Positions 8,854 to 19,012 of a stretch of DNA of 43,200 bases are shown here, in pieces. The notes beneath the pieces are model-generated. The model ran no database searches. It had not been told where the DNA came from and saw only the letters and a list, made by a program, of their open reading frames with translations. How positions within the stretch are numbered: position 1 is the stretch's first letter; the number at the start of each line of letters is the position of its first letter. The translations under genes and the position numbers were made by a program. Source of the DNA: an uncultured Gammaproteobacteria bacterium (GTDB taxonomy: Bacteria > Pseudomonadota > Gammaproteobacteria > UBA9214); assembly GCA_965544015.1 (NCBI GenBank), contig CBEULV010000001.1, positions 1 through 43,200 on the forward strand, written 5' to 3'.

Positions 8854-8966
8854 GACTGTTGCCGTTGCGTTGAAAATAACAAGATCGTATAGCCGCGTTA
8901 TCGACGCGTTACAGGGGAAACTGTAATCGGCAAGGGTAGTTTTCTCAGCAACTCCGAGGCCCGGGA

Positions 8967-9815
8967 TTATTTCGGTGGGCTGGTAAATTTCATAGATAAA
9001 TCAATTGCCTGTATGTTTTTTGTCAGGCTGCCAATGGATATACAATCAACGCCGGTACTGGCGGTGGCGCGCAGGTTATCCAGGGTGTAGCCACCGGAGG
9101 CCTCCAGTTCTGCGCGTCCGGCAACCTGTGCCACTGCATCGGTCAGTTGCTCGAGGGTGAAATTGTCCAGCAGCAGCCGCGTGGCCCCGGCCTCCAGTGC
9201 CTCCGCGATCTGTTCGCTGCGCTCGACTTCCACCTCGATCATCCTGCCGCTGGAGGCTGCAGCCGCCTGGCTGACTGCCGCGCGGATCGAGCCGGCCGCC
9301 TGGATGTGATTCTCCTTGATCAGGATACCGTCATACAGCCCGCTGCGGTGGTTATGGCAACCGCCGGTGCGTACCGCGTATTTCTGTGCCTGGCGCAGCC
9401 CCGGAATGGTCTTGCGGGTATCGAGTATCCGGACCGGCAATCCGGCCACGCAGTCGGCATAGCGACGCGCCAGTGTTGCGGTTGCCGAGAGTGTCTGCAG
9501 GAAGTTGAGTGCGGTACGCTCGCCGCTCAGGATGGCCCGTGCCGGACCGCGTACACTGCACAGGACCTGGTCAGCCACGATGCGCTCGCCGTCATGCCGT
9601 TGCCAGTCGACGTGGATGTCCGTGTCGAGTTCGGCGAATACCGCGTTGAACCACGCCATGCCGCACAATACGGCGGGCTCGCGCGAGATGACGCTGGCGT
9701 AAGCCTGTTGCGTTGCCGGTATCAGTGCGGCGGTGATATCGCCACTGCCGATGTCTTCTGCGAGTGCGGTGCGTACCGACTGCAGCAGCGGTTCTTCAAG
9801 GACCTCGATCAGCAT
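8967..9815 (-). CDS. nadC: Nicotinate-nucleotide diphosphorylase (quinolinate phosphoribosyltransferase)
   Basis: 282 aa. Contains LAEDIGSGDITA, ERTALNFLQTLS, ILDTRKTIPGLR, KYAVRTGGCHNHR and LIKENHI, all characteristic NadC blocks. Confidence 0.9.
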   Translation of the reverse strand: MLIEVLEEPLLQSVRTALAEDIGSGDITAALIPATQQAYASVISREPAVLCGMAWFNAVFAELDTDIHVDWQRHDGERIVADQVLCSVRGPARAILSGERTALNFLQTLSATATLARRYADCVAGLPVRILDTRKTIPGLRQAQKYAVRTGGCHNHRSGLYDGILIKENHIQAAGSIRAAVSQAAAASSGRMIEVEVERSEQIAEALEAGATRLLLDNFTLEQLTDAVAQVAGRAELEASGGYTLDNLRATASTGVDCISIGSLTKNIQAIDLSMKFTSPPK

Positions 9816-10166
9816 TCAGGTGGAGATTTCAAGCAACTCGATTTCAAAGGTCAGGGTGGCGTCGGGCGGGATTACGCCAGCGGCGCCCTGTGCGCCGTAA
9901 CCCAGTTCGGAGGGAATCACCAGGCGTCGAATGCCACCGACCTGCATGCCCTTGACCCCTTCATCCCAGCCGGGAATGACAAAACCGCAGTCAACCGGGA
10001 AACTGAACGGGTCGTTACGGTCGTGGCTGGAGTCAAACTTGGTTTCATCTTCCAGCCAGCCTGTATAGTGCACGATGACGGTCTGGCCGCGCCCGGTTAC
10101 GGTCTCGCCTTCGCCTGTCTTGATGTCGCTATAGCGCAGGCCTGATGCTGTGGTGATTTCCGTCAT
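9816..10166 (-). CDS. FKBP-type peptidyl-prolyl cis-trans isomerase
   Basis: 116 aa. Contains VHYTGWLEDETKFDSS, FVIPGWDEGVKGMQVGGIRRLVIP and LTFEIELL. Its stop abuts the nadC start. Confidence 0.9.
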   Translation of the reverse strand: MTEITTASGLRYSDIKTGEGETVTGRGQTVIVHYTGWLEDETKFDSSHDRNDPFSFPVDCGFVIPGWDEGVKGMQVGGIRRLVIPSELGYGAQGAAGVIPPDATLTFEIELLEIST

Positions 10167-10199
10167 GGTCTGTTCCTCTTGCCTTGTTGTCAGTTTATC

Positions 10200-11561
10200 T
10201 CAGTCGTTTCCTGTGCCGGAAAAATAATCATCCTTGAGTTTTTTCACCAGTCCTGCGAGCAATAGCAGTCCGAGCAGGTTGGGCAGTGCCATTAATATAT
10301 TGGTGATATCAGCGATATTCCAGACCAGTTGCAGCGGCACGGTTGCGCCAACCACCACCAGTACGGTATAGACCACCCGGTAGGGCAGCACGGCGCGTTC
10401 GCCAAACAGGAAATAGGCGGAACGGTCCCCGTAGTAGGACCAGGCAATGATGGTGGAATAGGCAAACAAGGTCAGTCCGCCACCAACCACCCAGGCGCCG
10501 GCATCGCCCAGTGAACCATCGAATGCGTGCGCGGTGAGCGCTGCGCCCATCAGTGCATCAGTGCTTTCCTGCCAGGCACCGGTAACCACGATCACCAGCC
10601 CGGTCATGGTACAGATCACCAGGGTGTCGATGAATGGTTCCATCATGGCGACCAGGCCCTCGCGTACCGGCTCGTTGGTGCGCGCGGCTGCGTGTGCCAT
10701 GGGTGAGGAGCCAAGGCCGGCTTCGTTGGAGAACAGCCCGCGTGCAACGCCCCAGCGTATCGCCTCGCCAACCGCGGCGCCCCCCACCGACCAGGGGTTG
10801 AGCGCCATGTTGAAAATGGTGGAGAAGGCCGCCGGAATATCGGCGGCATGATTGATCAGCACCAGCAGGGCGGCAATGAGATAGGTCGTCGCCATAAAGG
10901 GGACAATGGTGCTGGCCACGCGTGCGATGCGTTTTACGCCACCCAGGATCACCATCCCCACCAGGATTGCCAGCAGGCAGCCGACGAACCATTTGTAGTC
11001 ATGCAGTTGCGGGAAGATGTAGCCGAGTCCATCCATGACCGAGTTGGCCTGTACCATGTTGCCGATGCCGAAAGAGGCAACCAGTGCGAAGATGGCGAAG
11101 CAGGCCGCCGTGCGCTTCATGTCCAGGCCATGTAACAAGGTGTACATCGGGCCGCCCGCCACCTCGCCATTCGGGGCGATCTTGCGGAACTTGACCGCCA
11201 GCGTGCACTCGGTGAACTTGGTGGCCATGCCGAAGACGGCCGTGACCCACATCCAGAACAGGGCGCCGGGCCCGCCCAGTGAAATTGCCGTGGCCACACC
11301 GGCAATGTTGCCGGTGCCAACGGTTGCCGACAGCGCGGTGGACAGGGCCTGGTAATGGCTGACCTCGCCGGCATCCGTGCGACAGCTGTACTTGCCGGAT
11401 ATCACCTCGATGGCATGGCTGAATCCACGTAGCTGGATCAGGCCCATGCGGATAGTCAGGTACAGGCCGGTGCCGAGCAGGGCGAGCAGGGTCAGTGGAT
11501 TGCTCCACAGCAGCCCGGAGAGTTTGCCGGTCAGATCAGTCAATAACTGGACAAATTCCAT
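10200..11561 (-). CDS. Alanine/glycine:cation symporter (AGCS family)
   Basis: 453 aa polytopic membrane protein. Contains GEVSHYQALSTALSATVGTGNIAGVATAI, GGPGALFWMW and FSNEAGLGSSPMAHAAA, typical of sodium:alanine symporters. Confidence 0.9.
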   Translation of the reverse strand: MEFVQLLTDLTGKLSGLLWSNPLTLLALLGTGLYLTIRMGLIQLRGFSHAIEVISGKYSCRTDAGEVSHYQALSTALSATVGTGNIAGVATAISLGGPGALFWMWVTAVFGMATKFTECTLAVKFRKIAPNGEVAGGPMYTLLHGLDMKRTAACFAIFALVASFGIGNMVQANSVMDGLGYIFPQLHDYKWFVGCLLAILVGMVILGGVKRIARVASTIVPFMATTYLIAALLVLINHAADIPAAFSTIFNMALNPWSVGGAAVGEAIRWGVARGLFSNEAGLGSSPMAHAAARTNEPVREGLVAMMEPFIDTLVICTMTGLVIVVTGAWQESTDALMGAALTAHAFDGSLGDAGAWVVGGGLTLFAYSTIIAWSYYGDRSAYFLFGERAVLPYRVVYTVLVVVGATVPLQLVWNIADITNILMALPNLLGLLLLAGLVKKLKDDYFSGTGND

Positions 11562-11614
11562 GCATTAACTCCCCGGTGCATTGGCAGTACCTGTTACAGG
11601 CCTGTGCCGGACGG

Positions 11615-12517
11615 TCAGCTGAGCAGTAATTCCAGCAGGGCCTTTTGTGCGTGCAGGCGGTTCTCCGCTTCATCCCAGACAACGCTTTGCGCGCCGTCGA
11701 TCACGTCAGCCGAGACCTCTTCGTCACGGTGCGCGGGCAGGCAGTGCATGAACAGGGCATCCGCTGCCGCGGCCTGCATGACCTGTGTATTCACCTGGTA
11801 GCCGGCAAATGCGCGCACACGCCTTTCCTGTTCCTGTTCCTGTCCCATGCTGGCCCAGACATCGGTGACTACCAGGTCGGCGTCCCTTGCCGCGGCCTGT
11901 GCAGAATCAAGCATAACGGTCTGCTCGCCTGCGGCGGCCAGGATATCTGCATCCGGCAGGTAACCGTCCGGGCAGGCAATGTTCAGTGTGAAGCCGAACT
12001 GGCGTGCTGCGTTGATATAGGAATGGCACATGTTGTTGCCGTCACCGATCCAGGCAACGGTCCGCCCACGGATGTCGCCGCGGTGCTCGTAATACGTCTG
12101 CATGTCGGCCAGCAACTGGCAGGGGTGGTACAGGTCGGTGAGCGCATTGATCACCGGGACGCTGGAATACTCGGCAAAGCGTTCGATTTTCTCGTGTTCG
12201 AAGGTGCGGATCATGATGATATCCGACATGCGCGACAGCACGCGTGCACTGTCCTCGATGGGCTCGCCACGGCCCAGCTGGGTATCCCGCGGAGACAGGA
12301 AGATGGCATGGCCACCGAGTTGTGCCATGCCGACTTCAAACGACATGCGGGTGCGGGTCGAGGATTTTTCGAACACCATAGCCAGCACACGGTGTTTGAA
12401 GGGTTCAAACAGTTTGCCGGCCCTGTTAAGGGCCTTTAACTCAATAGCGCGCAGTACCAGCCGGTTGAGTTCGTCCGGGGTCAGGTCCAGCAATGTCAGG
12501 AAATGCCTGCTACTCAT
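11615..12517 (-). CDS. argF: Ornithine carbamoyltransferase
   Basis: Motifs [20 protein letters not shown] and [11 protein letters not shown]. Start moved to [12 protein letters not shown] (ATG 12517) with GGAG about 11 nt upstream. The track start at 12544 would overlap argD. Confidence 0.9.
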   Translation of the reverse strand: MSSRHFLTLLDLTPDELNRLVLRAIELKALNRAGKLFEPFKHRVLAMVFEKSSTRTRMSFEVGMAQLGGHAIFLSPRDTQLGRGEPIEDSARVLSRMSDIIMIRTFEHEKIERFAEYSSVPVINALTDLYHPCQLLADMQTYYEHRGDIRGRTVAWIGDGNNMCHSYINAARQFGFTLNIACPDGYLPDADILAAAGEQTVMLDSAQAAARDADLVVTDVWASMGQEQEQERRVRAFAGYQVNTQVMQAAAADALFMHCLPAHRDEEVSADVIDGAQSVVWDEAENRLHAQKALLELLLS

Positions 12518-12521
12518 GGGG

Positions 12522-13697
12522 TTACTCCGACAGGAAATCAGCAATCAGCGTGCTGACCTGTTCAATGATCATGTCGGCCTGCTTTTCCGTAGTTATCAAG
12601 GGTGGCAACAGGCGAATGACACGTTCCGCGGTGACGTTGATCAGCAGTCCCTGGTCCAGCGCCCTGGCTACCAGTTCTGCACATGGACGGTTCAGTTCGA
12701 TGCCGATCATCAGCCCCATGCCACGGATTGAGGTAACGCCCTTGAAGTCACCCACCCTGGCGTCAAAGCCATCCAGCAAGTGTCTGCCCAGTTGCGCGGC
12801 GTGCGCGACCAGTTGCTCGTTCTCAATGGTGTCTATGACGGCCAGTGCTGCGCGGCAGGCCAGCGGGTTGCCGCCAAAGGTGGTGCCATGGCTGCCGGGT
12901 TGCATCAGTTCGGCTGCTCTTCCACTGGCCAGGCAGGCACCGATCGGCACCCCGTTGCCGAGTGACTTGGCCACTGTCAGTACATCCGGTTTTGCATTGC
13001 CGTGTTGCCAGGCGAACCAGTGCCCGGTGCGGCCCATGCCGGTCTGAATTTCGTCGAGCATCATCAGCCAGCCCTGTTCATCACACAGCTGGCGAATTTC
13101 GGCGAGGTAGTTTGCGTCGGGTATATTGACACCGCCTTCACCCTGTACCGGTTCCACCAGCACCGCGACGGTATCGCTCTTGCTGGCTGCAATGGCACGG
13201 ATCGCCTCGATGTCGTTGAATGGCACGCGCAGGAAACCGCGCACCAGCGGTTCAAAGCCAGCCTGGATGCGCCGGTTACCGGTGGCAGTCAGCGTCGCCA
13301 GTGTGCGCCCGTGGAAACTTTGTTCCATCACGATGATGGCCGGGCAGCTGATGCCCTTGCTGTGACCGTACAGGCGTGCGATCTTGATCGCAGCCTCGTT
13401 CGCCTCCGCCCCCGAGTTACTGAAGAACGCGCGGTCCATGCCGGACAGTGCGCACAGTCGCTGAGCAAGCTGCTCCTGCAGGGCAATGCCGTACAGGTTG
13501 GAGGTATGCACCAGGGTGGCGGCCTGGTCGGCAAGCGCCGCCGTCACTGCCGGATGTGCATGACCGAGACCGCACACGGCGATGCCGCTGAGGGCATCGA
13601 GGTATTGGCGGTGTTCGCTGTCCCACAGCCAGACACCCTCGCCGCGTTCGAATGTGACGGGGAGTCTGTTATAGGTCGACATCAGGTGCTCGGGCAT
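12522..13697 (-). CDS. argD: Acetylornithine (succinylornithine) aminotransferase, class III PLP enzyme
   Basis: 391 aa. Contains [56 protein letters not shown] (PLP lysine) and [13 protein letters not shown]. Confidence 0.9.
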   Translation of the reverse strand: MPEHLMSTYNRLPVTFERGEGVWLWDSEHRQYLDALSGIAVCGLGHAHPAVTAALADQAATLVHTSNLYGIALQEQLAQRLCALSGMDRAFFSNSGAEANEAAIKIARLYGHSKGISCPAIIVMEQSFHGRTLATLTATGNRRIQAGFEPLVRGFLRVPFNDIEAIRAIAASKSDTVAVLVEPVQGEGGVNIPDANYLAEIRQLCDEQGWLMMLDEIQTGMGRTGHWFAWQHGNAKPDVLTVAKSLGNGVPIGACLASGRAAELMQPGSHGTTFGGNPLACRAALAVIDTIENEQLVAHAAQLGRHLLDGFDARVGDFKGVTSIRGMGLMIGIELNRPCAELVARALDQGLLINVTAERVIRLLPPLITTEKQADMIIEQVSTLIADFLSE

Positions 13698-13780
13698 TTT
13701 TCAGTTGTTCCAGAAACAGAAAAGGCAGCCTGTTCCAGACTGCCAGCATCAAGAGGAGTGATTCTATAACCGCTGGCCGG

Positions 13781-13813
13781 AAAAGCGCAAACCCGGCCAG
13801 GGCCGGGTTTGCG
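13781..13813 (-). terminator. Candidate rho-independent terminator downstream of the 13859-14461 gene
   Basis: Near-perfect hairpin CGCAAACCCGGC-cagg-GCCGGGTTTGCG. On the minus strand it is followed by CTTTTCC, a short T-run. Confidence 0.45.
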
Positions 13814-13858
13814 TGGTTTCAGGGCTGTACAAGCCCTTGTGTTTCCAGTTGCTCCGTC

Positions 13859-14461
13859 CTAGAAGGGCAGGCCGTGCATATGGCCGGTCATGCACATCAG
13901 CATCGGGATGGACAGCAGGGTGTTGGTGCGGGATGCCATCAGCGCAATCTTCTTGGCACCGGCAATTTCGTCGGCACTGGCCTTGACGATGCCGAGGATT
14001 TTCTTCTGGTTCGGCCAGATCAGTCCCCAGACATTGAACAGCATGATGGTGCCCAGCCAGGCGCCGATACCGATAACCTGCCAGCCGTCCTGCAATGTGA
14101 ATGCCGCGACTACGCCATTCTCACCAAGGTTTTGCAGGGCGCCGACACCCGTCAGCCAGGTGGCGACAGCGCCCCAGCGGAACCACAGCAGGGCGCGCGG
14201 GGCGACATACTTGTTGATTGCTGCAGGTCCGGGGCCACCTTCATCGCCCAGTGCTTCACCCACCGCAGGTACCTGCACAAAGTTGAAGTAGTACAGCAGG
14301 CCAATCCAGAGCACACCGGCCAGGACATGGAACCAGACTTCGAATTCAAGTGCATTGATGCCGGATGTCCCGAGGCCAAGTACGATCAGGATGGACAGGA
14401 CGAAACCTGAAATAATCGTTCCCAAAACAGAAGTTAACGGATTCATTGATGTGGCTCCCAT
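13859..14461 (-). CDS. Integral membrane protein of unknown function (about 5 TM; weakly reminiscent of the membrane domain of urate hydroxylase PuuD)
   Basis: 200 aa, hydrophobic. The WIGLLYYFNFVQVP block resembles PuuD-type membrane domains from memory only. The alternative start MNPLTS (ATG 14446) has GGGAG 8 nt upstream. Confidence 0.55.
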   Translation of the reverse strand: MGATSMNPLTSVLGTIISGFVLSILIVLGLGTSGINALEFEVWFHVLAGVLWIGLLYYFNFVQVPAVGEALGDEGGPGPAAINKYVAPRALLWFRWGAVATWLTGVGALQNLGENGVVAAFTLQDGWQVIGIGAWLGTIMLFNVWGLIWPNQKKILGIVKASADEIAGAKKIALMASRTNTLLSIPMLMCMTGHMHGLPF

Positions 14462-14647
14462 GCTCCGCGGCGCGACGTGGCGCGGTTGTTTGATTTTTAA
14501 TAACTGACTGAATTAGTCAGGAATGGGAGGATACGGCAGCATTGTCCGATTTGCAATATGCTTGATTGCCAATTTTTGCCAGTAAAGCATTGGGTTAGAG
14601 TATATTTATCCATTACCTCGGGAAACGACAGCTAAACTGCCAGAAGC

Positions 14648-16186
14648 ATGAACGCCATCGAACTCAGCCTGTTTGCCAGCCAGTTGGCCGCCGTCTGTGA
14701 CGAGATGGGGGCGGTGCTGCGGCGGGCCGCGTTCTCGACCAATATCAAGGACCGGCTCGACTATTCGTGCGCCGTGTTCGATCCGCAAGGCGAACTGTGC
14801 GCACAGGCGGCGCATATCCCGGTCCATCTCGGCAGCATGGCCTTTGCCATGCGTAACCTGGTAACACAGCTGGACTGGTCAGCCGGCGACATGGTGATCG
14901 TCAATGACCCCTACCTGGGCGGTACCCACCTGCCGGATGTCACCGTGGTCGCGCCGGTTTTTGTGCACGGGTCCTGCATCGGCTTCGTTGCCAACCGTGC
15001 GCATCATGCCGATATCGGTGCCCACACCCCGGGCTCGATGCCGGTATCGAGCTCTCTCGAGGAGGAAGGGCTGGTGATTGCCCCGACCCACCTGCTGCGT
15101 GCCGGCATCGTGGTAACGGAGGTCTGGCAACGTGTCACCACGGCAACCGCCAACACGGCGCAGATGCAGGGCGACCTGGCTGCGCAGATCAGCGCGAACC
15201 AGTCCGGCGTGCGGCAGCTAGCGGAGTTGGCTGCAACGGCTGGTGTTAGCGGCTACCTTGCCGGACTGGCCGCGGTTAATGACTATGCAGCGCGACTGGC
15301 AAGACAGGCGCTGGAGCGGATCCCGAACGGCAGCTATTCATTCCGCGATGTCATGGATGATGACGGCATGGGGCGGCGGGACATACCGGTTGCCGTTACG
15401 GTGCGTGTCTGCGATGGCGACATCGAGGTTGATTTTGACGGTACTGCATCCCAGGTAGAAGGCAATATCAATTGCCCCCTGTCGGTTGCAGCGGCAGCCG
15501 TGTTGTACGTATTCCGCTGCCTGATGCCGGCGCAGACGCCGGCCTGTGCCGGCAGTTTCCGCGGCATTCGCCTGCGCGCGCAGCAGGGGTGCCTGGTAAA
15601 CGCGCAGCGTCCTGCAGCGGTTGCGGCTGGTAATGTCGAGACCAGCAGCCGTATCGTTGATGCGGTGATGGGCGCGCTTGCGCAAGCCCTGCCGGAACAG
15701 ATTCCTGCGGCCAGCCAGGGCACCATGAACAATCTTGCCATGGGCGCCAGGGGCAACGGTGTGTGCTGGGATTACTATGAAACCATGGGTGGCGGGTGCG
15801 GTGCCGGCAGTCGGCATGACGGGCTGTCTGCTGTCCAGTCACACATGACCAATACACTGAATACACCGATCGAGGTGCTGGAGCTGAATTTCCCGGTCCG
15901 GGTCAATCGCTACCAGATCCGCCATGGCTCCGGTGGCGCGGGACGGCAGCGTGGCGGTGATGGCCTGATCCGGGAATTCCATTTCCTCGCACCTGCCAGC
16001 GTAACCCTGCTGACCGAGCGTCGTCTGCATGCCCCATGGGGACTGGCCGGTGGCGATAGCGGCGCGTGTGGCGAAAACCTGCTTGGTGCAAAACGATTGC
16101 CCGCCAAGGCCAGTATCCGGGTAGCCAGTGGCGAATGTCTGACGGTGTACACGCCCGGTGGTGGTGGCTGGGGAGCGCTCCCGTGA
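14648..16186 (+). CDS. Hydantoinase B / oxoprolinase family protein (HyuB-like), no A subunit adjacent
   Basis: 512 aa. Contains LFASQLAAVCDEMGAVLRRAAFSTNIKDRLDYSCAVFD, VNDPYLGGTHLPD and NRAHHADIG, which are Hydantoinase_B hallmark blocks. Confidence 0.85.
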   Translation: MNAIELSLFASQLAAVCDEMGAVLRRAAFSTNIKDRLDYSCAVFDPQGELCAQAAHIPVHLGSMAFAMRNLVTQLDWSAGDMVIVNDPYLGGTHLPDVTVVAPVFVHGSCIGFVANRAHHADIGAHTPGSMPVSSSLEEEGLVIAPTHLLRAGIVVTEVWQRVTTATANTAQMQGDLAAQISANQSGVRQLAELAATAGVSGYLAGLAAVNDYAARLARQALERIPNGSYSFRDVMDDDGMGRRDIPVAVTVRVCDGDIEVDFDGTASQVEGNINCPLSVAAAAVLYVFRCLMPAQTPACAGSFRGIRLRAQQGCLVNAQRPAAVAAGNVETSSRIVDAVMGALAQALPEQIPAASQGTMNNLAMGARGNGVCWDYYETMGGGCGAGSRHDGLSAVQSHMTNTLNTPIEVLELNFPVRVNRYQIRHGSGGAGRQRGGDGLIREFHFLAPASVTLLTERRLHAPWGLAGGDSGACGENLLGAKRLPAKASIRVASGECLTVYTPGGGGWGALP

Positions 16187-16212
16187 ACCATGGCAGGGGG
16201 GGTTGACCAGGC

Positions 16213-17994
16213 ATGTGTGGTATTTGCGGAGAATTGCGCTTCGATGGGTGTGCGCCGGACCAACATGTCCTGGCGCGCATGACCGAACGCCTGGCGCGAC
16301 GTGGTCCGGACGCCAGCGGCGAGTACCTTGACGGGCCGGTAGCGTTGGGCCACCGGCGCCTGGCCGTGATCGACCTTTCCGAGCGTGCCGCTCAGCCGAT
16401 GGTGGATAACGATAGCGGCCTGGCGCTGGTATTCAACGGCACCATCTACAATTACCCGGAACTGCGCGAGCAATTACGTGCACTGGGACACCGCTTTGTC
16501 TCCGACGGCGATACCGAGGTCATTCTCAAGGCCTATGTCGAGTGGGGCGAAGACTGCACGATACGGTTGCAGGGCATGTTTGCCTTTGCCATCTGGGACA
16601 GCAAGCGGCAACAGCTGTTCATGGCGCGCGACCGTTTCGGTATCAAGCCGCTGTACTACAGCGTGACACAGGGTGCTGTGCGCTTTGCCTCCAGCAGCCA
16701 GGCGTTGCTGGCGGCCGGTGATGTCGAGACCGGCATCGACCCGGTCGCACTGCACCATCATCTGACTCTGCATGCGGTGGTGCCGGCACCTCGCACCCTG
16801 CTGCGCGGGTTGCGCAAACTGCCGCCGGCACACAGCCTGACTTTTCAACCTGATCGGCGCAGGAGGTCAAGACGTTACTGGAAACTGGATGCGCTGAACT
16901 GTCCAGGCCAAATGAGCGAATGGGAATGGATCGAGGCAACGCATGAGGCCCTCAAGCGGGCCGTCAGGAAGCGTATCGAGATTGCCGATGTGCCGGTCGG
17001 GTTGTTGCTATCGGGCGGACTGGATTCCAGCCTGCTGGTGGCCCTGCTGGCCGAGGCTGGTTGCACGCAATTGCTGACTTTCTCGGTTGGCTTTGAAGAC
17101 GAGCCGGAGGAAAAGGGTAACGAGTTTGAGTACTCCGATCCGGTTGCGCAGATGTACGAAACAAACCACCACCGTTTCACCATTCCCAACAGCGAGGTGC
17201 TGGCGCGCCTGCCCGAGGCCGTCGACAACATGGCCGAGCCCATGGTCGCTCAGGATGCCGTGGCGTTCTACCTGCTTGGTGAGCGTGTCTCGGAGCAGGT
17301 CAAGGTGGTGCAGAGCGGGCAGGGTGCAGACGAGGTCTTTGGTGGCTACTTCTGGTATCCGCAGATGCAGGCGGCGCAGGGCAGTGATATCGAGCGTTTC
17401 AGCCGCTTGTATTTCGACCGCGATCACGCAGAGATGCAGCGCACGATTGCGCCACGTTTTCACGGGGTGGACTACACCACGCCACGCGTGGCGGCCGGCC
17501 TGGCGGAGTCCGGGGCTGAACGGTTTATCAATCGTGTACTGGCCTTTGATGTTACTACGCTGATCGTGGATGACCCGGTCAAGCGCGTGGACAACATGAC
17601 CATGGCATGGGGGCTGGAGGCGCGCGTGCCATTCCTCGACCAGGAACTGGTCGAGCTGGTCGCCTGTATGCCGCCGGAAGTGAAACTGCGTTCCGGTGGC
17701 AAGCATCCGCTCAAGGTGATTGCGCGTGGTCTGCTGCCGGATGCGGTGATCAATCGTCCCAAGGGTTATTTCCCGGTACCGTCGCTCAAGTACGTGCGTG
17801 GCAAGGCGCTGGATTTCATGCGCGGGGTGCTGGATTCGCGCGCCTGCCTTGAACGTGGCCTGTTCCAGCGCAGCTATGTGGAGAAATTGCTGGGAAATCC
17901 GGACAGCTCACATACGCCGATCCTGGGTAACAAGCTCTGGCACCTCGCGCTGCTGGAGTTCTGGCTGCAGCGTAATGTCGACAAATCCCTGTAA
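16213..17994 (+). CDS. Asparagine synthase-family glutamine amidotransferase (AsnB/AsnO-like; resembles N-acetylglutaminylglutamine amidotransferases)
   Basis: 593 aa. The MCGICGE N-terminus carries the Cys2 nucleophile of Ntn amidotransferases. Also HRRLAVIDLS, FNGTIYNYPELR and the PP-loop LLSGGLDSSLLVALL. Confidence 0.85.
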   Translation: MCGICGELRFDGCAPDQHVLARMTERLARRGPDASGEYLDGPVALGHRRLAVIDLSERAAQPMVDNDSGLALVFNGTIYNYPELREQLRALGHRFVSDGDTEVILKAYVEWGEDCTIRLQGMFAFAIWDSKRQQLFMARDRFGIKPLYYSVTQGAVRFASSSQALLAAGDVETGIDPVALHHHLTLHAVVPAPRTLLRGLRKLPPAHSLTFQPDRRRRSRRYWKLDALNCPGQMSEWEWIEATHEALKRAVRKRIEIADVPVGLLLSGGLDSSLLVALLAEAGCTQLLTFSVGFEDEPEEKGNEFEYSDPVAQMYETNHHRFTIPNSEVLARLPEAVDNMAEPMVAQDAVAFYLLGERVSEQVKVVQSGQGADEVFGGYFWYPQMQAAQGSDIERFSRLYFDRDHAEMQRTIAPRFHGVDYTTPRVAAGLAESGAERFINRVLAFDVTTLIVDDPVKRVDNMTMAWGLEARVPFLDQELVELVACMPPEVKLRSGGKHPLKVIARGLLPDAVINRPKGYFPVPSLKYVRGKALDFMRGVLDSRACLERGLFQRSYVEKLLGNPDSSHTPILGNKLWHLALLEFWLQRNVDKSL

Positions 17995-18079
17995 ACAGTA
18001 GCTTTTTGTCGTGGCCGATCAGGGTTACACTGCGGTCAACTACTAATCAACCTGTTCTTGAATGCAAGAGGATAAAGCA

Positions 18080-18400
18080 ATGGATGTAATGGATCGAATC
18101 GACAGTGCCGTGAAAGATAATCCGGTCGTCATTTTCATGAAGGGCTCGCCACAGATTCCGCAATGCGGTTATTCCAGTCGTGCCGCGCAGGCGCTGGGCG
18201 CCTGCGGTGAGGAGTTTGCGCACGTGAATGTGCTGGCCGACCCGGAAGTTTTCGAGAACCTGCCGCGCTACGCCAACTGGCCGACTTTCCCGCAGATCTA
18301 TATCAATGGCGAGCTGATTGGCGGCTGTGATATCACGCTGGAGCTTTACCAGAAGGGCGAGTTGCAAAAGATGGTGAAGCAGGCAGTCAGCGGCGCCTGA
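18080..18400 (+). CDS. grxD: Monothiol glutaredoxin (Grx4 family)
   Basis: Active site PQCGYSSRA and WPTFPQIYINGELIGGCDI. Start set to MDVMDRI (ATG 18080), which has AGAGGA 7 nt upstream. The track start is 18062. Confidence 0.9.
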   Translation: MDVMDRIDSAVKDNPVVIFMKGSPQIPQCGYSSRAAQALGACGEEFAHVNVLADPEVFENLPRYANWPTFPQIYINGELIGGCDITLELYQKGELQKMVKQAVSGA

Positions 18401-18454
18401 TTCCTGAACTGCGGGGTGGGGTGAGTTCACTCCGTCCCGCAGCTGATTCCGCTG

Positions 18455-19009
18455 TCAGCTTGCCTCGAGCTTGATCAGCTCTTCAATAATATCCAGCATC
18501 AGCTTCTGACCCTTGTCTGACATTTTCTTTGTCAGCTTGTCCGGGTCGCGTTCGCCCTCGACCAGAGGTCGCAGACGGCCGGACAGGATACCCATGTCGC
18601 CACCGGCGGCGAGCATCTGTTTAGCCATGTTGCCAACGATTTGCAGGGCCTGCAGGTTGCCTTTACGGGAGGCATGAATCAGTCCGGCAATGCCCGGCGC
18701 CGCCATGTTGGCGTCAAAGTCGCTCTGCAGGTCCGGCAGCGTGGCAGGGTCCTGCAGTCCGCGCAGGATGGATTCGGCAATGGTGCGGTCCTCGTCATCC
18801 AGACCGAGCAGGATGCTCTCGTCGCGCTTGCCTGCCATGATCTCGCGTATGACGGTAACCAGCTGTTTCCAGTCATTGTCCCCGGCCTGTTGCAGCACCT
18901 GTTCCAGGTCCGGCACGGAGCCGGGATTGTTGCAGTGCATGACAACACGGTGGATCAGGCCGGAGTGGGATTGCAGTATCTGTTCCTTAAGATCAGGTGT
19001 CGAGGACAT
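18455..19009 (-). CDS. Hypothetical cytoplasmic protein
   Basis: 184 aa, acidic and helical-looking, with no motif I recognise. Its start lies 3 nt from the rnt stop, so it is likely co-transcribed with rnt. Confidence 0.55.
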   Translation of the reverse strand: MSSTPDLKEQILQSHSGLIHRVVMHCNNPGSVPDLEQVLQQAGDNDWKQLVTVIREIMAGKRDESILLGLDDEDRTIAESILRGLQDPATLPDLQSDFDANMAAPGIAGLIHASRKGNLQALQIVGNMAKQMLAAGGDMGILSGRLRPLVEGERDPDKLTKKMSDKGQKLMLDIIEELIKLEAS

Positions 19010-19012
19010 GGC

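Noticed and set aside
9147-10145. 332-aa plus-strand ORF
   Set aside because: Antisense across nadC and the FKBP gene, both of which carry unambiguous family motifs.
14504-14520. 6-5-6 palindrome CTGACT-gaatt-AGTCAG between the membrane-protein gene and hyuB
   Set aside because: Too short to be statistically meaningful in 43 kb, and there is no second copy or known consensus match. Kept only as a note.
18401-18454. Hairpin CTGCGGGG...TCCCGCAG between convergent grxD and the 184-aa gene, as a possible terminator
   Set aside because: The loop is large (about 16 nt) and no T-run follows on either strand. This is not enough to call an intrinsic terminator.
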